From contig CAVVTZ010000005.1 of NCBI GenBank assembly GCA_963751275.1, positions 43,956 to 107,955 on the forward strand: a stretch of DNA of 64,000 bases. The letters run 5' to 3'. The stretch's first letter is position 1. The number at the start of each line of letters is the position of its first letter. Positions 61,150-64,000 of the stretch are shown piece by piece. Made by a program: the position numbers and the translations under genes. The notes under the pieces are model-generated. The model saw only the letters and a program-made list of their open reading frames with translations. It made no database searches and was not told the origin of the DNA. The DNA comes from an uncultured Gemmatimonadaceae bacterium (GTDB taxonomy: Bacteria; Gemmatimonadota; Gemmatimonadetes; Gemmatimonadales; Gemmatimonadaceae).

Positions 61150-62941
61150 GCGAAGGTGGCGTCACCGTGAGTTGTGCATCGACGAATGCATCCGTGCCAC
61201 GATCGCGCGCGCGGATCGCGAGCACGTTCGTGCCGGCCACGAGCATCGAGGCCGGAATGGTGAACACCGAACTCCCGCGCGTCGCACATCCCTCGTGCGT
61301 GAGCAGGCCATCGGTGATCTGATTCCCGTTGATGAAGATCTGGATGTCGTTGTCGATCGCGATCGAGAGCGTGAGGCTCTGCGTCCAGCCGGCCGGTATC
61401 GTGAACGTGTGGCGCAGCAGCATGTCGGTCGGAGACGGCACGGACACCCAGTTCGTGTGCACGCTCGCATCGAGCGGACAGTACAGGTTGTCGGCGCTGT
61501 GGTCGCCGAAGCCGCCGCGGCCGGTGCTCCACGAGGCATCGTTGAAGCCGGTCGCCTCGAAGCCGGGTGTCTGGTCGGCCGTGCCCACGAGGTACTTGTA
61601 GCCGTCACCCTCCCACGGGATGATGTCGCCGCCGGTCGCCGTGAAGACGATCGGATTCCCGTCGACACCGATATTCCCGCCCTGCGCCGGCGGCGGGAAC
61701 GACGCCGTGGCGCTCACGGTGTTGGCGCCCGCGTTGATCGTCCAGCTGCTCGCGCTCGCCGTGCCGGTGATGTCCGTGACCGCGCTCGAACCGGTGAGCG
61801 ATCCGCCACCCGACGTCACCGCGAAGAGCACATTGGCGCCATCGAGCGGCGTCTTCGCGCCCGTCGTGTGCACCCACACCTTCGGCGGGACCGGCACCGC
61901 GCTGCCGGCCGGCGCGAACTGGAAGATGTTCGACGGTGTCACCGTGTCGATCACGACCGCCGTGTCCACGCCGCCGTACGGGCTGAAGCTCGATGTCTTG
62001 CCGCCCACGCCCACGCCGCCGGCGTTCGCGACGCCGGGCAGGATCGCCCGCGCCATACTGCGGCCGATCGCCTTCATCGCGCCCCACGTCTCACCGCGCG
62101 CGTACAGCGCCGCTGCGCTCGGCGGATTCGTGGCGGTGCCGCTGCAATCCAGGAAGGGCGATTCCCGTCCAAGAATCTCGATCCCGGTGCCCACGTTGTG
62201 CGCGATGTGCGTGCTGGCGGGCGGCGCATTGTCGAAGCACTGCGCAATGTCCACCGGCTGGACCAACGCATCGAGCGGGACCACTTCGAAGAGGAAGAAG
62301 GGACCGTACTGATCGAGCTTGGTGTTCAGCGGACCCTTGAACGGATCGAACGGGTCGGTGATGAGCGAGATCGTGACCGTCACCGGCGCGTTGATCGCGC
62401 CCGGGGGGACGCGCAACCCGCCGTCGCCATCGCCGTGCACCACGTCGGTATTCTGATCGCTGGGGAAGACCACCTGCGTCACGTCGCCATCGCCCAACGC
62501 GTCGCCCAGCGCGAGGCCGGAACCGTCGAGGCCGACGAGGCAGTACAGGAGCTGGCCGAGTTCGAGGACATTGTCCTGCGTGTCGTTCGACGTGCCACCC
62601 TTGAGATCGCCCCGATAGTACGCCTTGAGCACGAGGTCCCAGAGCTGGAACATCTGGTTGCGCGCATCGACGGTCTTGCCGCGGCGCATGAGGAGCCGGA
62701 TGAACGCGATGTCGGCGCGCACGAGCCCGCGCGTGCCGGGTTTGAACAGATCCTGGAAGACATCGTCGCCGAACTGGCGGCACGCGATCGGATGGTGCCG
62801 GCGATAGCCGCCGTAATCCTCACCATGATGCCGGTCCGCACTGATCGCGGGCGCGGTGGTCGCATCGCTGCCGCCGTCCGAACAGGCGACCGCAAGGAGC
62901 GAGCCGAAACAGAAGATCGAGAGGAGTACGATACGGCGCAT
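61145..62941 (-). CDS. Modular lipoprotein (ZU5-like, Ig-like, C-terminal beta-sandwich)
   Basis: LAVAC lipobox; GLRVPPGAI..VTVTI; FAVTSGGGSL..GANTVSA; IDNDIQIFING..GTNVLAI. Confidence 0.7.
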   Translation of the reverse strand: MRRIVLLSIFCFGSLLAVACSDGGSDATTAPAISADRHHGEDYGGYRRHHPIACRQFGDDVFQDLFKPGTRGLVRADIAFIRLLMRRGKTVDARNQMFQLWDLVLKAYYRGDLKGGTSNDTQDNVLELGQLLYCLVGLDGSGLALGDALGDGDVTQVVFPSDQNTDVVHGDGDGGLRVPPGAINAPVTVTISLITDPFDPFKGPLNTKLDQYGPFFLFEVVPLDALVQPVDIAQCFDNAPPASTHIAHNVGTGIEILGRESPFLDCSGTATNPPSAAALYARGETWGAMKAIGRSMARAILPGVANAGGVGVGGKTSSFSPYGGVDTAVVIDTVTPSNIFQFAPAGSAVPVPPKVWVHTTGAKTPLDGANVLFAVTSGGGSLTGSSAVTDITGTASASSWTINAGANTVSATASFPPPAQGGNIGVDGNPIVFTATGGDIIPWEGDGYKYLVGTADQTPGFEATGFNDASWSTGRGGFGDHSADNLYCPLDASVHTNWVSVPSPTDMLLRHTFTIPAGWTQSLTLSIAIDNDIQIFINGNQITDGLLTHEGCATRGSSVFTIPASMLVAGTNVLAIRARDRGTDAFVDAQLTVTPPSP

Positions 62942-62994
62942 GGTCGGTTCCCTTTCTTGAAAGTTCCCGCGGCGCGGTCGCGCGGCGGCAGTGC

Positions 62995-64000
62995 CTACTT
63001 TGAACTCTTCGCGAGAGCCTGGAACCTCGGGTCATCCCTGAGATTCCGCCACATCCAATTGTTTTCACTGTTCAAGTCGCTGGCTGTAGCGGGGTTAGCC
63101 GCCACATACGCCGCCAGCGCCTTCAGCGCCTGGTCCTTGTCGCCGAGCAGATTATACGCGATCCCCTTGTCGAGCGTGAGGTCCTTGGTGGGATCGAGGT
63201 CGGCGGGATCATCGATGCGCCCCAGCAGGCGGCGCGCGCTATCGGCCTGGCCCGCGCGCGCGAGCGCCGCCGCGACAAGCACCTCGCCCTGCAGCTTCGC
63301 GAGCGGCCGGTCGCTCTCCGGCGTGAGCTTCTGGATGGAATCGGCCAGCCGCCACGCGAGCGGCACATTGGCCGGCACCTGCTTGGCGATCATGAGACGC
63401 ATCTGGCACTGCAGGAAGCGGACATCGCCCGGATAGCGGCGCGCGCCTTCGGCGCACCAGTGCATCGCATCCGGGATCTGCTCCAGATCGTAGCTCGAGG
63501 TGAAGAGCCGCCAGAGCACGACGTCCGCGTTGGAGAGAAAGGCATCCTCCTCGTACGCGCTGCGGGCCGCGAGCTTGGCCGACGACACGTCGTTGTACTG
63601 GTAGTAGAGATGGCTCAACACCGCCCACGCGCTGGCCTGGGAGCGGGAGATCTTCGTGGACGCCTCGAGATCGGCGCGCGCGGAGTCGAGCAGGATCTTC
63701 GATTTCCGGGGATCGGTCTCGAGGTTGAGCAGATAGCGCCAGTACCGCAGCGTGCCCAGCAGCTCGAGCGCATCGGCGTTGTTCGGCGCGATCGCGACGG
63801 CCTTCTGCGCCTGCATGAGGCCCTTGTCGATCCACGTCGACGCGCGCAGCGGGTTGGCGCGGTAGAAGCGCGAGGTCTTGTAGTCGATCGTGCCGCGCCG
63901 GATCTCGGGCTCCGGCCAGTTGCCGTCCATCGCGGCCGCCGCGGCGAGGAGCGAATCGGCGGAGAGGAACGACTTGTGCATGGCGACACTGTCGCCCGCG
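62995..64000 (-). CDS. C-terminal TPR-like region of a larger protein (5' end outside window)
   Basis: Helical repeats ending WRNLRDDPRFQAL, a tail typical of kinase/TPR proteins. Confidence 0.7.
   Translation of the reverse strand, partial: AGDSVAMHKSFLSADSLLAAAAAMDGNWPEPEIRRGTIDYKTSRFYRANPLRASTWIDKGLMQAQKAVAIAPNNADALELLGTLRYWRYLLNLETDPRKSKILLDSARADLEASTKISRSQASAWAVLSHLYYQYNDVSSAKLAARSAYEEDAFLSNADVVLWRLFTSSYDLEQIPDAMHWCAEGARRYPGDVRFLQCQMRLMIAKQVPANVPLAWRLADSIQKLTPESDRPLAKLQGEVLVAAALARAGQADSARRLLGRIDDPADLDPTKDLTLDKGIAYNLLGDKDQALKALAAYVAANPATASDLNSENNWMWRNLRDDPRFQALAKSSK

Overview
High-GC bacterial chromosome segment. Gene content and order suggest Gemmatimonadota; this is inference, with no database search run. 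About 46.7 kb of minus-strand genes run tilS-hpt-ftsH-folP-cdaA-DUF2723-yggS-divIVA-punA-ileS-dksA/traR-lspA-rluA, then an unusual chemosensory cluster, then tRNA-Val(TAC), a secreted TPR protein and the dcw cluster (rsmH-ftsL-ftsI-murE-murF-mraY-murD-ftsW-murG-murC'). The chemosensory cluster is cheW-cheY-cheA-cheC-TPR-DUF4388/MshEN/TPR-TPR/roadblock-roadblock-roadblock-mglA-tandem DnaA-like AAA+-DUF4388/MshEN/TPR-cheR-cheD-cheB-cheW-cheW-TPR-peptidase MA. The remainder holds lemA-htpX, tonB, a methyltransferase, infA, rpsU, gltA, a solA-like oxidase, icd, an M13 peptidase, GT9, an Omp85-like protein, a modular lipoprotein and a partial TPR gene. The best candidate for an undescribed system is the receptor-less Che cluster. 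It has an MglA/roadblock polarity module, two MshEN-like proteins and a DnaA-derived double AAA+ protein that lacks a DNA-binding domain and whose second ATPase site is degenerate. Also notable are an IleRS2 with a GIHH motif and a family of long heptamer-periodic palindromes. Many single-base frameshifts hit essential genes, densest at about 32.3-37.5 kb, and are most likely sequencing or assembly indels. Coordinates of the affected genes are reconstructed by eye.
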